A stretch of 32,000 nt of DNA, taken from positions 1,830,001 to 1,862,000 of the forward strand of contig NC_010655.1 of the NCBI RefSeq assembly GCF_000020225.1, in the 5' to 3' direction. The notes beneath the pieces are model-generated. The model was not told the DNA's origin. It did not search any database and was given only the letters and a program-made list of their open reading frames with translations. Each line of letters opens with the position of its first letter. Position 1 is the stretch's first letter. Below, in pieces: positions 24,516 to 32,000 of this stretch. The stretch is from Akkermansia muciniphila ATCC BAA-835 (GTDB taxonomy: Bacteria > Verrucomicrobiota > Verrucomicrobiia > Verrucomicrobiales > Akkermansiaceae). Made by a program: the position numbers and the translations under genes.

Positions 24516-26783
24516 TTAACGGGTGTGGAAAGTGCGGTTGATGACCTCCTGCTGCTGTTCCCGGGTCAGCTTGATGAAATTCACGGCATAGCCGGAAACG
24601 CGGATGGTAAGCTGCGGGTATTTTTCCGGGTGATCCATGGCGTCGAGAAGCGTTTCCCGTTCCAGTACGTTCACATTAATGTGGTGACCTGTAGCGGCAA
24701 AGTAGGCGTCCAGCAGGGAGACGAGCTTGACGCGACGTTCACGTTCCTCCTTGCCCAGGGCCTGAGGAACGATGGAGAAGGTGTAGGAGATGCCGTCCAG
24801 GGAGTCGTCATAGGACAGCTTGGCTACGGAGAGCATGGAGGCCACGGCTCCGTTCCTGTCCCTTCCGTGCATGGGGTTGGCTCCGGGGGCGAACGGTTCC
24901 CCGGCTCGGCGGCCGTCCGGCGTGTTGCCCGTCTTTTTGCCGTACACCACGTTGGAGGTGATCGTCAGGATGGACTGGGTGGGCAGGGAATTGCGGTAAG
25001 TGTGGAGCCTGCGCAGTTTTTCCATGAAATTGCTGACCAGGCTGCATGCTATGTCGTCCACGCGCGGGTCATTGTTCCCGTAACAGGGGAATTCCCCTTC
25101 CGTCTTGAAGTCCACAATCAGCCCTTCTTCATTGCGGATGGCTTTTACGGTGGCATACTTGATGGCGGACAGGGAGTCCGCCGCCACGGAAAGCCCGGCG
25201 ATTCCCGTAGCCATCGTGCGCAGAATTTCCGGATCATGCAGCGCCATTTCAATGCGTTCATAGCAGTATTTGTCGTGCATGTAGTGGATGATGTTCAGCG
25301 CGTCAATGTAAGTTTTGGCGAGCCAGTCCTGCATCTTGTCGTACAGGGTCATCACTTCATCATAGTTGAGAATTTCCTCCGTGTAGCGGGGGGAGGGCGG
25401 GGCCACCTGCTTGCCCTTGAGTTCATCCACGCCGCCGTTCAGGGCGTAGAGAAGGCACTTGGCGAGGTTGGCGCGCGCTCCGAAGAACTGCATCTGCTTG
25501 CCGATGCGCATGGCGGACACGCAGCATGCGATGCCGTAGTCGTCGCCCCAATGTGGGCGCATCAGGTCATCGTTCTCGTATTGAACGGAGGATGTTTCAA
25601 TGGAAACCTTGGCGCAGAAGCTTTTGAAGGCTTCCGGCAGGTTCCGGGACCACAGAACGGTCAGGTTCGGTTCCGGAGCCGGCCCCAGGTTGTACAGGGT
25701 CTGCAGCATGCGGAAAGAACTGCGGGTGACGAGGGTGCGCCCGTCCTCTCCCATGCCGCCGATGGATTCCGTCACCCAGGTGGGGTCTCCGGAGAACAGG
25801 TTATTGTAATCAGGCGTGCGGATGAAACGGACGATGCGCAGCTTCATCACGAACTGGTCGATGATTTCCTGAACTTCCTCTTCCGTGATGAGCCCCTGTT
25901 CCAGGTCGCGGGTGAAATAAATGTCGAAGAAAGTGGAAACGCGGCCCAGGGACATGGCCGCTCCATTCTGTTCTTTCACGGCAGCCAGGTAGCCCAGGTA
26001 CGTCCATTGCACGGCTTCGCGGGCGTTTGCGGCGGGGCGAGTGAGGTCGCAGCCGTAGGAGGCGCCCAGCTGGGCGAGTTCTTCCAGGGCGCGTATTTGT
26101 TCGCTCATTTCTTCGCGCAGACGGATCAGTTCATCCGTAAGGGGGGAATGTTCACGGTTTTTGAGGTCCTTGCGGCGTTCGGCAATCAGCTTATCCGTGC
26201 CGTACAGGGCCACCCGGCGGTAGTCCCCGATGATGCGGCCGCGGCCATAGGCGTCCGGAAGGCCGGTAATAATCCCGGCGGAACGGGCCGCCCGGATATC
26301 GGAAGTGTAGGCGTCGAAAACGCCTTCATTGTGCGTCTTGCGTATCTTTTTGAAAATGTCCGCGGTTTTCTCGCACATCTTGAACCCGTAGGATTCCAGG
26401 GCCTGTTGGGCCATGCGCAAGCCGCCAAAGGGCATCAGGGCCCTTTTCAGGGGGGCGTCCGTCTGGAGGCCTACGACCACTTCCAGTTCCTTGTCAATGT
26501 AGCCGGGCTTGTGGGATGTGATGGAGGATACCACTTTTTCATCAGCATCCAGCACGCCGCCGTTGTCTATTTCCCGTTTCAGCAGGACTTTCAGCTCGTC
26601 CCATAAACGAAGCGTGCGCTGGGAGGGGCCGGAAAGAAACTCTTCATTGCCGGAATAGGGCGTGTAGTTATGCTGGATGAAATCCCGTACGTCAATGGAC
26701 TCCGTCCATGTTCCCGGCTTGAATCCCTGCCATTCCTGCGGAAGGGCGGTGGACTCCTTCAAGTCTTTTACTATGCTGATCAT
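24516..26783 (-). CDS. pflB: Formate C-acetyltransferase (pyruvate formate-lyase)
   Basis: 755-aa ORF with the active-site Cys-Cys (GIACCVSAM) and the C-terminal glycyl-radical motif [11 protein letters not shown]. Confidence 0.95.
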   Translation of the reverse strand: MISIVKDLKESTALPQEWQGFKPGTWTESIDVRDFIQHNYTPYSGNEEFLSGPSQRTLRLWDELKVLLKREIDNGGVLDADEKVVSSITSHKPGYIDKELEVVVGLQTDAPLKRALMPFGGLRMAQQALESYGFKMCEKTADIFKKIRKTHNEGVFDAYTSDIRAARSAGIITGLPDAYGRGRIIGDYRRVALYGTDKLIAERRKDLKNREHSPLTDELIRLREEMSEQIRALEELAQLGASYGCDLTRPAANAREAVQWTYLGYLAAVKEQNGAAMSLGRVSTFFDIYFTRDLEQGLITEEEVQEIIDQFVMKLRIVRFIRTPDYNNLFSGDPTWVTESIGGMGEDGRTLVTRSSFRMLQTLYNLGPAPEPNLTVLWSRNLPEAFKSFCAKVSIETSSVQYENDDLMRPHWGDDYGIACCVSAMRIGKQMQFFGARANLAKCLLYALNGGVDELKGKQVAPPSPRYTEEILNYDEVMTLYDKMQDWLAKTYIDALNIIHYMHDKYCYERIEMALHDPEILRTMATGIAGLSVAADSLSAIKYATVKAIRNEEGLIVDFKTEGEFPCYGNNDPRVDDIACSLVSNFMEKLRRLHTYRNSLPTQSILTITSNVVYGKKTGNTPDGRRAGEPFAPGANPMHGRDRNGAVASMLSVAKLSYDDSLDGISYTFSIVPQALGKEERERRVKLVSLLDAYFAATGHHINVNVLERETLLDAMDHPEKYPQLTIRVSGYAVNFIKLTREQQQEVINRTFHTR

Positions 26784-27063
26784 AAATAGAATGTAGTGAA
26801 GAAGACTGGAGAAAAACGTTCCGCAGCCCCTGAAAGGCTGGAAACGGCAAAACTCCGCGCCGCGTAATTATATCGTGAATTCCGGGGGACAACAAGGCTA
26901 ATTCTTTGCGAAGAGAACGCGGGTGCGCTGGCTTTGGCATGTTTCACCTGTCTGTCCGTTGCGGAGCGGAAAATGAGGGGAACATGCGATTGCGGAAAAG
27001 TGACGGAAGATTATTTCTCTTTACTTTCCTAATCTCTATTGCAGTATCTCAACGCTTACCGTT

Positions 27064-27846
27064 ATGAAATCTTATGCATGCCTTTGTTTATTGCTGGCGG
27101 GAGTTTTTTGCGTTGCTTTTTTCTCCGGGGCCTGTGCTGATGAATTGCCGCCCACGCTGAAGCCCCAGGTGAACCCGCGGGCCGTGTATGACTGGAAAAA
27201 ACGTCATGAAGCAGTGATGGAGCGGAACCGGACCGTCAAACCGGAATATGTCGTCTTTGGTGACAGCATTACCCACCGCTGGGGCGGCGAGCCTTCCGGG
27301 GACAACAGGGCTCTCGGAACAGGAAAAACCGCCTGGCATAGCCTGTTTTCTTCCCATGCGGTAACCAATATGGGGTTTGGTTCCGATTACGTGGATAATG
27401 CCTATTACCGCTTGCAGCTGGGAGAGCTGGACGGCATTTCTCCGCGGGTCATCATCGTGCTGCTGGGAACCAATAATCTTGGCGGGCGGAAGGATGCTCC
27501 CCGGGCCTGCGCAGACAATCTCAAGGCTTTTGTGAGCCTGGCGCGCCGGAAGTGCCCCTCTTCCAAAATCCTGTTGCTGGGCATTCTCCCCAGGGAGGAA
27601 AAAAAGCTGGCTCCCCTGATTAGGGAAACCAATAAAATGATATCCGGCCTGGCTGACGGAAACAGCGTGTTTTTCGCCAATCCCGGCGAGGAATTCCTGG
27701 GGGAGGACGGAGTGTCCCCAAAACCCGGGCTGCTGGAGGATGGGCTGCATCCCAGTGCCAGGGGGTACGACATACTGGGGAAGTCGTTGAGCGTATTGCT
27801 GAAGAAAATGGACGACAAGTACGGCAAGCTGCCCGCTCCCCGGTAG
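27064..27846 (+). CDS. Secreted SGNH/GDSL-family hydrolase (PAF-acetylhydrolase-like / possible sialate O-acetylesterase), paralog 1
   Basis: 260-aa ORF with a signal peptide (CLCLLLAGVFCVAFFSGACA). It carries SGNH blocks: block I VVFGDSITHRWGG, block III LLGTNNLG and block V DGLHPSARGY. Confidence 0.85.
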   Translation: MKSYACLCLLLAGVFCVAFFSGACADELPPTLKPQVNPRAVYDWKKRHEAVMERNRTVKPEYVVFGDSITHRWGGEPSGDNRALGTGKTAWHSLFSSHAVTNMGFGSDYVDNAYYRLQLGELDGISPRVIIVLLGTNNLGGRKDAPRACADNLKAFVSLARRKCPSSKILLLGILPREEKKLAPLIRETNKMISGLADGNSVFFANPGEEFLGEDGVSPKPGLLEDGLHPSARGYDILGKSLSVLLKKMDDKYGKLPAPR

Positions 27847-28068
27847 ATGAATACGGGGGAGGGCGTTCCTGTTCCGGGAGAGGCCGGGGGATGGATGAAA
27901 TGGAGCGCGCCTTGGAAGAGGCCGGACACGGTGCTCGCCTGGCCGTGGTTGCGGCAGGATTTGCCGGACGGGCAGTGGTCTTTTTTACTCTGCCGGAGGA
28001 AGTGACGCCTGCGATCTTGATGCACGGCAGAATTTGCTTAAACTGAAAACCGGTTTTACTTTTTGATT

Positions 28069-28857
28069 ATGAATTTCCTCTCCTACATGCTCGCCATATT
28101 GCTGGGGAGTTCCAGTCTGGCATTTTCTGCGCCTTCCATTCCGGCCTCCGCGTTGCCCGCTACCCTGAAGCCGGAGCCCCATCAGCGGGACCCGTATGAT
28201 TGGAATGCCCGGCATGAAGCCGTTAAAAAAAGAAACCGGGCCGTCAAGCCTGAATACGTGATGATAGGGGACAGCATTACCCACCATTGGGGAGGGGAGC
28301 CTTCCGGGGACGGAAAAAATACGGGATCGGGGTCCTGGGAGAAATTATTCGGTCCGCATGCAGCGACGAATATGGGCTTTGGATTTGATTATGTGGATAA
28401 TGCCTATTACCGTGTCCAAAACGGGGAGCTGGACGGCATTTCTCCGCGGGTCATCATTGTGTTGCTGGGGACCAATAATCTGGGGCACCGCAAGGATACG
28501 CCGCAGGCATGTGCGGACAATATCAGGGCATTTGTCCGCCTAGTGCGCCGGAAGTGCCCCTCTTCCAAAATCCTGTTGCTGGGCGTTCTCCCACGGAAGG
28601 AGAAAAACCTGGCGGAACCGGTGAAGCAGACGAACAGACTGTTGGTGGAACTGCATAACGGAAAGGACATTTTCTTTGCCGATCCGGGAAAGGCGCTTCT
28701 TTCCGCAGATGGTGCTTCTCCGCAGAATGAATTCATGAAGGATGTGGTGCATCCCAATGCCAGGGGGTACGAGGTTTTGGAAAAGGAACTGGCCGTACTC
28801 CTGAAAAAGATTGATGCAAAATACCGGGGAGGGAAGCAGGCGGGAAAGCATTCCTGA
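28069..28857 (+). CDS. Secreted SGNH/GDSL-family hydrolase, paralog 2
   Basis: Same SGNH blocks as paralog 1 (VMIGDSITHHWGG, LLGTNNLG, DVVHPNARGY) and a signal peptide. I place the start at ATG 28069; the track start at 28063 is TTG, two codons upstream. A candidate promoter is TTGATG (28017-28022), a 16-nt spacer, then TAAACT (28039-28044). Confidence 0.85.
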   Translation: MNFLSYMLAILLGSSSLAFSAPSIPASALPATLKPEPHQRDPYDWNARHEAVKKRNRAVKPEYVMIGDSITHHWGGEPSGDGKNTGSGSWEKLFGPHAATNMGFGFDYVDNAYYRVQNGELDGISPRVIIVLLGTNNLGHRKDTPQACADNIRAFVRLVRRKCPSSKILLLGVLPRKEKNLAEPVKQTNRLLVELHNGKDIFFADPGKALLSADGASPQNEFMKDVVHPNARGYEVLEKELAVLLKKIDAKYRGGKQAGKHS

Positions 28858-28941
28858 TGATCGTCTTCTGATGGAAGGTAGGATTTTGCTTGAAGGGAAA
28901 GCCCCGGTTGAGGAAAATATACGGCCTTTGATATTTAGTTT

Positions 28942-30729
28942 ATGAAAAACCTGTTGTTTGCATTGTTGACCGGTTCCTTTTGTTGCTGTTATGCCCAACA
29001 GAAGGCCGCACCCGTTCCGGAACCTGAAGTTGTCGCCACTCCGCCGGCTGATGCGGGGCGCGGCCTTATCCGTGTGGACTCCCGTGAAATACGCCATTAT
29101 TCCGGTACCCGCAAGGAACCGGATTACCTGGTCAGCAGGGATAACGGAAAAACATGGGAAATGAAGGCCGCTCCGGCTGGCTACCCTCCCAACTACGGTG
29201 GCATTCCCAAAGAATCTCCAGCTATTGTGCGCAACCCTCTGACCAGGGAATTCATTCGTGTGCAGCCTATCGGGGGCTTTGTATTTCTTTCCAGGGGTGG
29301 GCTGGACGGCAAGTGGCTTGCCGTCACGAATGACGGCAAACTGGAAGAAGACTGGAAAGACCCGGAAAAGAGGAAAAACCTGAAAAAACTGGGCGGCATC
29401 ATGCGAACCCCCGTTTTTGTGAACAAGGGCCGCAGGGTGATCGTGCCGTTCCACAACATGGGCGGCGGCACCAAGTTCCATATTTCCGATGACGGGGGGC
29501 TGACCTGGCATGTATCCAGGAACGGTGTTACTTCCCCCAGACATGAAGCCAGGCCCCCCCACCAGGGCGTCAGATGGTTCAACAATGCCGTGGAAGCCAC
29601 GGTTTTGGAAATGAAAGACGGTACGTTGTGGGCGCTTGCCCGCACCTCCCAGGACCAGGCGTGGCAGGCTTTTTCCAAGGATTACGGGGAAACGTGGAGC
29701 AAACCGGAGCCTTCCCGCTTTTTCGGCACCCTGACCATGAACACGTTGGGACGCCTGGATGACGGAACTATCGTTTCCCTGTGGACGAATACAATGGCTC
29801 TGCCTGAAAACGCCACAGCTGGCAACGGAACGTGGGAGGATGTATTCACCAACCGTGATTCCCACCACATTGCTATGTCCGGGGACGAGGGCAAAACCTG
29901 GTACGGGTTCCGGGAGATTATCCTGGACGAACACCGCAACCATCCCGGCTATGCTACGCTGGATGGTCCGGAAGACCGCGGCAAACATCAGAGCGAAATG
30001 GTGCAGCTGGACAAAAACCGCATCCTTATTTCCCTGGGGCAGCATAAAAACCACCGCCGCCTGGTTATTGTGGACCGCCGCTGGGTAGGGGCCAAGACGC
30101 GTGCCACGCAGACGGGGAAAGATTTGGATTCCCAGTGGACCATTCACACTTATATCCCCCAGAAAAAAGGCCATTGCAGTTATAACCGCAAGCCTTCCGC
30201 CGAGTTGGTTCAGGATCCGTCCGGGGGCACGAAGAAGGTGTTGCAAATCAAGCGTCTGGATGATCCCGAACTGGTCAATGAAAAATCCAATGTGGATTAC
30301 CGGAACGGCGGAGCTACCTGGAACTTTCCGAACGGGACCACGGGGCTGGTCAAATTCCGCTTCCGTGTAGTGGACGGGGAGCAGGCGGATGATTCCGGCC
30401 TTCAGGTCTCTCTGACGGACCGGCTGTTTAATGCCTGTGATTCCACTACGAAGGATTATGCCCTGTTTACCTTCCCGATCAGGCTGAAACCTGCGCCCCA
30501 TCTGTTGCTGGGGATGAAAAAAGTGCCTTTCACGCCCGGCGCGTGGCATGAAATTTCCCTTCTTTGGCAGGGTGGGCAGGCCGTGGTGTCTCTGGACGGA
30601 AAGAAGGCCGGAACGTTGAAAATGGCTAATAAGTCCCCCAATGGAGCCAGTTATATCCATTTCATCAGCACCGGGTCCCAACCGGATGCCGGCATTCTGC
30701 TGGATACGGTGAATGCCCGGGTGAAGTAA
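28942..30729 (+). CDS. Secreted BNR/Asp-box beta-propeller protein (sialidase-like, GH33-like) with an extra C-terminal ~200-aa beta-sandwich-like domain
   Basis: 595-aa ORF with a signal peptide (LLFALLTGSFCCCYAQQ). It has four Asp-boxes of the S-x-D-x-G-x-T-W type spaced about 60-120 aa apart: SRDNGKTW, SDDGGLTW, SKDYGETW and SGDEGKTW. I could not identify a clean (F/Y)RIP motif, so the catalytic assignment is tentative. Confidence 0.75.
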   Translation: MKNLLFALLTGSFCCCYAQQKAAPVPEPEVVATPPADAGRGLIRVDSREIRHYSGTRKEPDYLVSRDNGKTWEMKAAPAGYPPNYGGIPKESPAIVRNPLTREFIRVQPIGGFVFLSRGGLDGKWLAVTNDGKLEEDWKDPEKRKNLKKLGGIMRTPVFVNKGRRVIVPFHNMGGGTKFHISDDGGLTWHVSRNGVTSPRHEARPPHQGVRWFNNAVEATVLEMKDGTLWALARTSQDQAWQAFSKDYGETWSKPEPSRFFGTLTMNTLGRLDDGTIVSLWTNTMALPENATAGNGTWEDVFTNRDSHHIAMSGDEGKTWYGFREIILDEHRNHPGYATLDGPEDRGKHQSEMVQLDKNRILISLGQHKNHRRLVIVDRRWVGAKTRATQTGKDLDSQWTIHTYIPQKKGHCSYNRKPSAELVQDPSGGTKKVLQIKRLDDPELVNEKSNVDYRNGGATWNFPNGTTGLVKFRFRVVDGEQADDSGLQVSLTDRLFNACDSTTKDYALFTFPIRLKPAPHLLLGMKKVPFTPGAWHEISLLWQGGQAVVSLDGKKAGTLKMANKSPNGASYIHFISTGSQPDAGILLDTVNARVK

Positions 30730-30742
30730 GGAGCGGCGGGAT

Positions 30743-31846
30743 TCAATGGTTTTCCTTCTTCGGAAGCGGCGGAGCGCTTAATTCCGGCAGGTATTTCAGC
30801 ACCATCTGGAGATGTTCGTTTGACCGGTTGCCTATCCTCTGGAGGGCTGTGCGTCCGTATTTGTCTTTCAGGGATGGGTTTGCGTGGTGGTCCAGCAGAA
30901 GACGCGCAATACCCAGTTTCAGCCGGTCCAGGGAATCGTCTCCCAGCAGCATGCCTCGGCAGCATGCCATGAGGGGAGTTTCTCCGGCGGCGTTTTGATG
31001 GTTGACGTCAGCTCCCTCTTTGATGAAGAGATTGACCAGATCCCTGATTTGAGGGAGGCAGGACACATCAATGAAAGCCAGCTGGCGGCACAGGTTCAGC
31101 AGGGCCGTGTCTCCCGCGGTTTCCGGCAGGGTGGTGGACGCGGGCATGGCCGCATTCACGTCCGCTCCGTATTCCAGCAGAATATGTGCAATTTGCAGTG
31201 CGGCGTTCGGAGTGTTCAGGTTCAGGGAAAGAAGGGGCGGGGCCATTTCCCCGCGGAAATTGGGATCGTACCCGGCTTCGCAAAGCTTGCGGACCAGCAG
31301 GGGGTATCCGGCGGCCGTGGCCCATGTGAGCAGACTTGTTTTTTTACCTTTCAATTCAGGCTGGAGGGAAATATCCGCACCGCATTTCAGAAGAAACAGG
31401 GCCGCTTCCTCATAGGGTGCTCCTCCAATACCGGCCACACAGGTGATGACGAGGGGCGGCCAGCCCAGCGGCCCCGGTTTATTCACATCCGCACCGTACT
31501 GAATCAGGAGATTAAGGCAGGAGAGCCTGTTATGCACCGGCAGGGGCGTGGAGTCGTCCATGCCTGGCTGGCAGGCGTAAGTCAGGGGGGTATTTCCCTG
31601 TTCGGAGTCCGGAATGGAGGGAAAGGCCTGTTGCGGCAGGATGATCTGAACGTTCGGGTCCGCATGGCGCTGTAAAAGGCGGTTCAGCAACTGCACTTCT
31701 CCGAGCCCGGCGGCGAGATGCAGCAGGGTTTCATGGGATGGAGTGATGCAGCGTCCGTCTGCGCTTTCCGCCGTGTCCCGTATCATCTGAAGCCGTTCCC
31801 TGATTTCGTCCTTCATATATTGGCGCATGGAAACCTCGGAAAACAT
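30743..31846 (-). CDS. Ankyrin-repeat protein (start uncertain; may be 5'-truncated by the window edge)
   Basis: At least 6 ankyrin-type repeats are visible: TLLHLAAGLGEVQLLNRLLQRHADPN, TPLTYACQ...LLIQYGADVN, LLKCGADIS, LLEYGADVNA, LFIKEGADVNHQNAAGETPLMACC and LLLDHHANPSLKDKYGRTALQ. The frame has no stop and no ATG/GTG/TTG between 31847 and 32000. So the start is either ATG 31846 (no SD seen) or lies beyond the window. Confidence 0.8.
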   Translation of the reverse strand: MFSEVSMRQYMKDEIRERLQMIRDTAESADGRCITPSHETLLHLAAGLGEVQLLNRLLQRHADPNVQIILPQQAFPSIPDSEQGNTPLTYACQPGMDDSTPLPVHNRLSCLNLLIQYGADVNKPGPLGWPPLVITCVAGIGGAPYEEAALFLLKCGADISLQPELKGKKTSLLTWATAAGYPLLVRKLCEAGYDPNFRGEMAPPLLSLNLNTPNAALQIAHILLEYGADVNAAMPASTTLPETAGDTALLNLCRQLAFIDVSCLPQIRDLVNLFIKEGADVNHQNAAGETPLMACCRGMLLGDDSLDRLKLGIARLLLDHHANPSLKDKYGRTALQRIGNRSNEHLQMVLKYLPELSAPPLPKKENH

Positions 31847-32000
31847 GTGCCAGTCAATATGGCGTGAATTGAGGGAAAGCCCGCGGTAAATGAAACGTTC
31901 CGGGCTTCGATGGGCTGTGAAATTCGCTGCGGTCAGAATTTGTTCTTTTTCCGCTTTTGTCCAGATAGGGTTGAAATTCCATTCCGCGGGAGAAGAATCA

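Noticed and set aside
24447-26606. 719-aa plus-strand ORF antisense to pflB.
   Set aside because: The minus frame has the PFL Cys-Cys and glycyl-radical motifs. The plus translation has no recognisable features.
27847-28005. 52-codon Trp-rich ORF (MNTGEGVPVPGEAGGWMKWSAPWKRPDTVLAWPWLRQDLPDGQWSFLLCRRK) starting immediately after the stop of SGNH paralog 1.
   Set aside because: I see no SD and it lies in a G+C-rich spacer. The sequence is not obviously protein-like and is probably non-coding. It could only be rescued by conservation or ribosome profiling.
28046-28057. Perfect 12-nt palindrome AAAACCGGTTTT just upstream of SGNH paralog 2.
   Set aside because: It is a single copy, too short to distinguish from chance, and has no loop for a hairpin. 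Noted only as a possible operator at the predicted start site.
28540-30681. 713-aa minus-strand ORF antisense to the BNR gene.
   Set aside because: The plus frame has a signal peptide and four Asp-boxes. The antisense frame looks like a compositional artefact.
30884-31675. 263-aa plus-strand ORF antisense to the ankyrin gene.
   Set aside because: Ankyrin repeats are obvious in the minus frame only.
1-32000. Scan for CRISPR arrays, tRNA/rRNA genes, IS elements, integrases, toxin-antitoxin or known defence-system genes.
   Set aside because: No regularly spaced direct repeats, no tRNA-like T-arm (GGTTCGAATCC-type) sequences, and no transposase, recombinase or nuclease motifs were seen in any substantial ORF.

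Overview
This looks like a chromosomal segment from a high-G+C Verrucomicrobial, Akkermansia-like genome. That origin is an inference from the gene content (giant autotransporter with beta-strand repeats, mucin-glycan-type esterase and BNR genes) and cannot be verified without a database search.

Gene content, left to right:
- 3' end of a membrane pyrophosphatase gene (hppA) with its terminator.
- A visibly A/T-richer two-gene cassette encoding uncharacterised secreted proteins (394-2352).
- About 550 nt of non-coding DNA ending in what looks like a classical trp attenuator. It has a sigma70-like promoter, a 35-codon leader ORF with tandem Trp codons, and a strong terminator 18 nt before trpE.
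- A complete, tightly overlapping trpE-trpGD-trpC-trpF-trpB-trpA operon (2903-9275) with its terminator.
- A 310-nt A/T-rich control region containing GGATT/AATCC palindromes.
- A 9.46-kb gene for a 3152-aa type Va autotransporter (9656-19114).
- On the minus strand: an OsmC-family gene, metX, and a type-B (YkgO-like) ribosomal protein L36 gene.
- A fused lipid A acyltransferase / GT9 heptosyltransferase gene (21547-23472).
- pflB-pflA on the minus strand.
- Two tandem paralogous SGNH/GDSL esterase genes and a four-Asp-box BNR (sialidase-like) gene (27064-30729).
- A convergent ankyrin-repeat gene whose frame stays open to the window edge.

I recognised no rRNA or tRNA genes, CRISPR arrays, transposases, integrases or known defence genes.

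The most interesting candidates are regulatory or uncharacterised rather than an obvious new multi-gene system:
- the trp leader/attenuator;
- the palindrome/inverted-repeat architecture around the autotransporter promoter, which could be an operator set or an invertible promoter;
- the low-GC secreted-protein cassette;
- the LpxL-GT9 fusion.

All functional calls rest on motifs I recognise by eye in the supplied translations. No similarity search or RNA folding was run.
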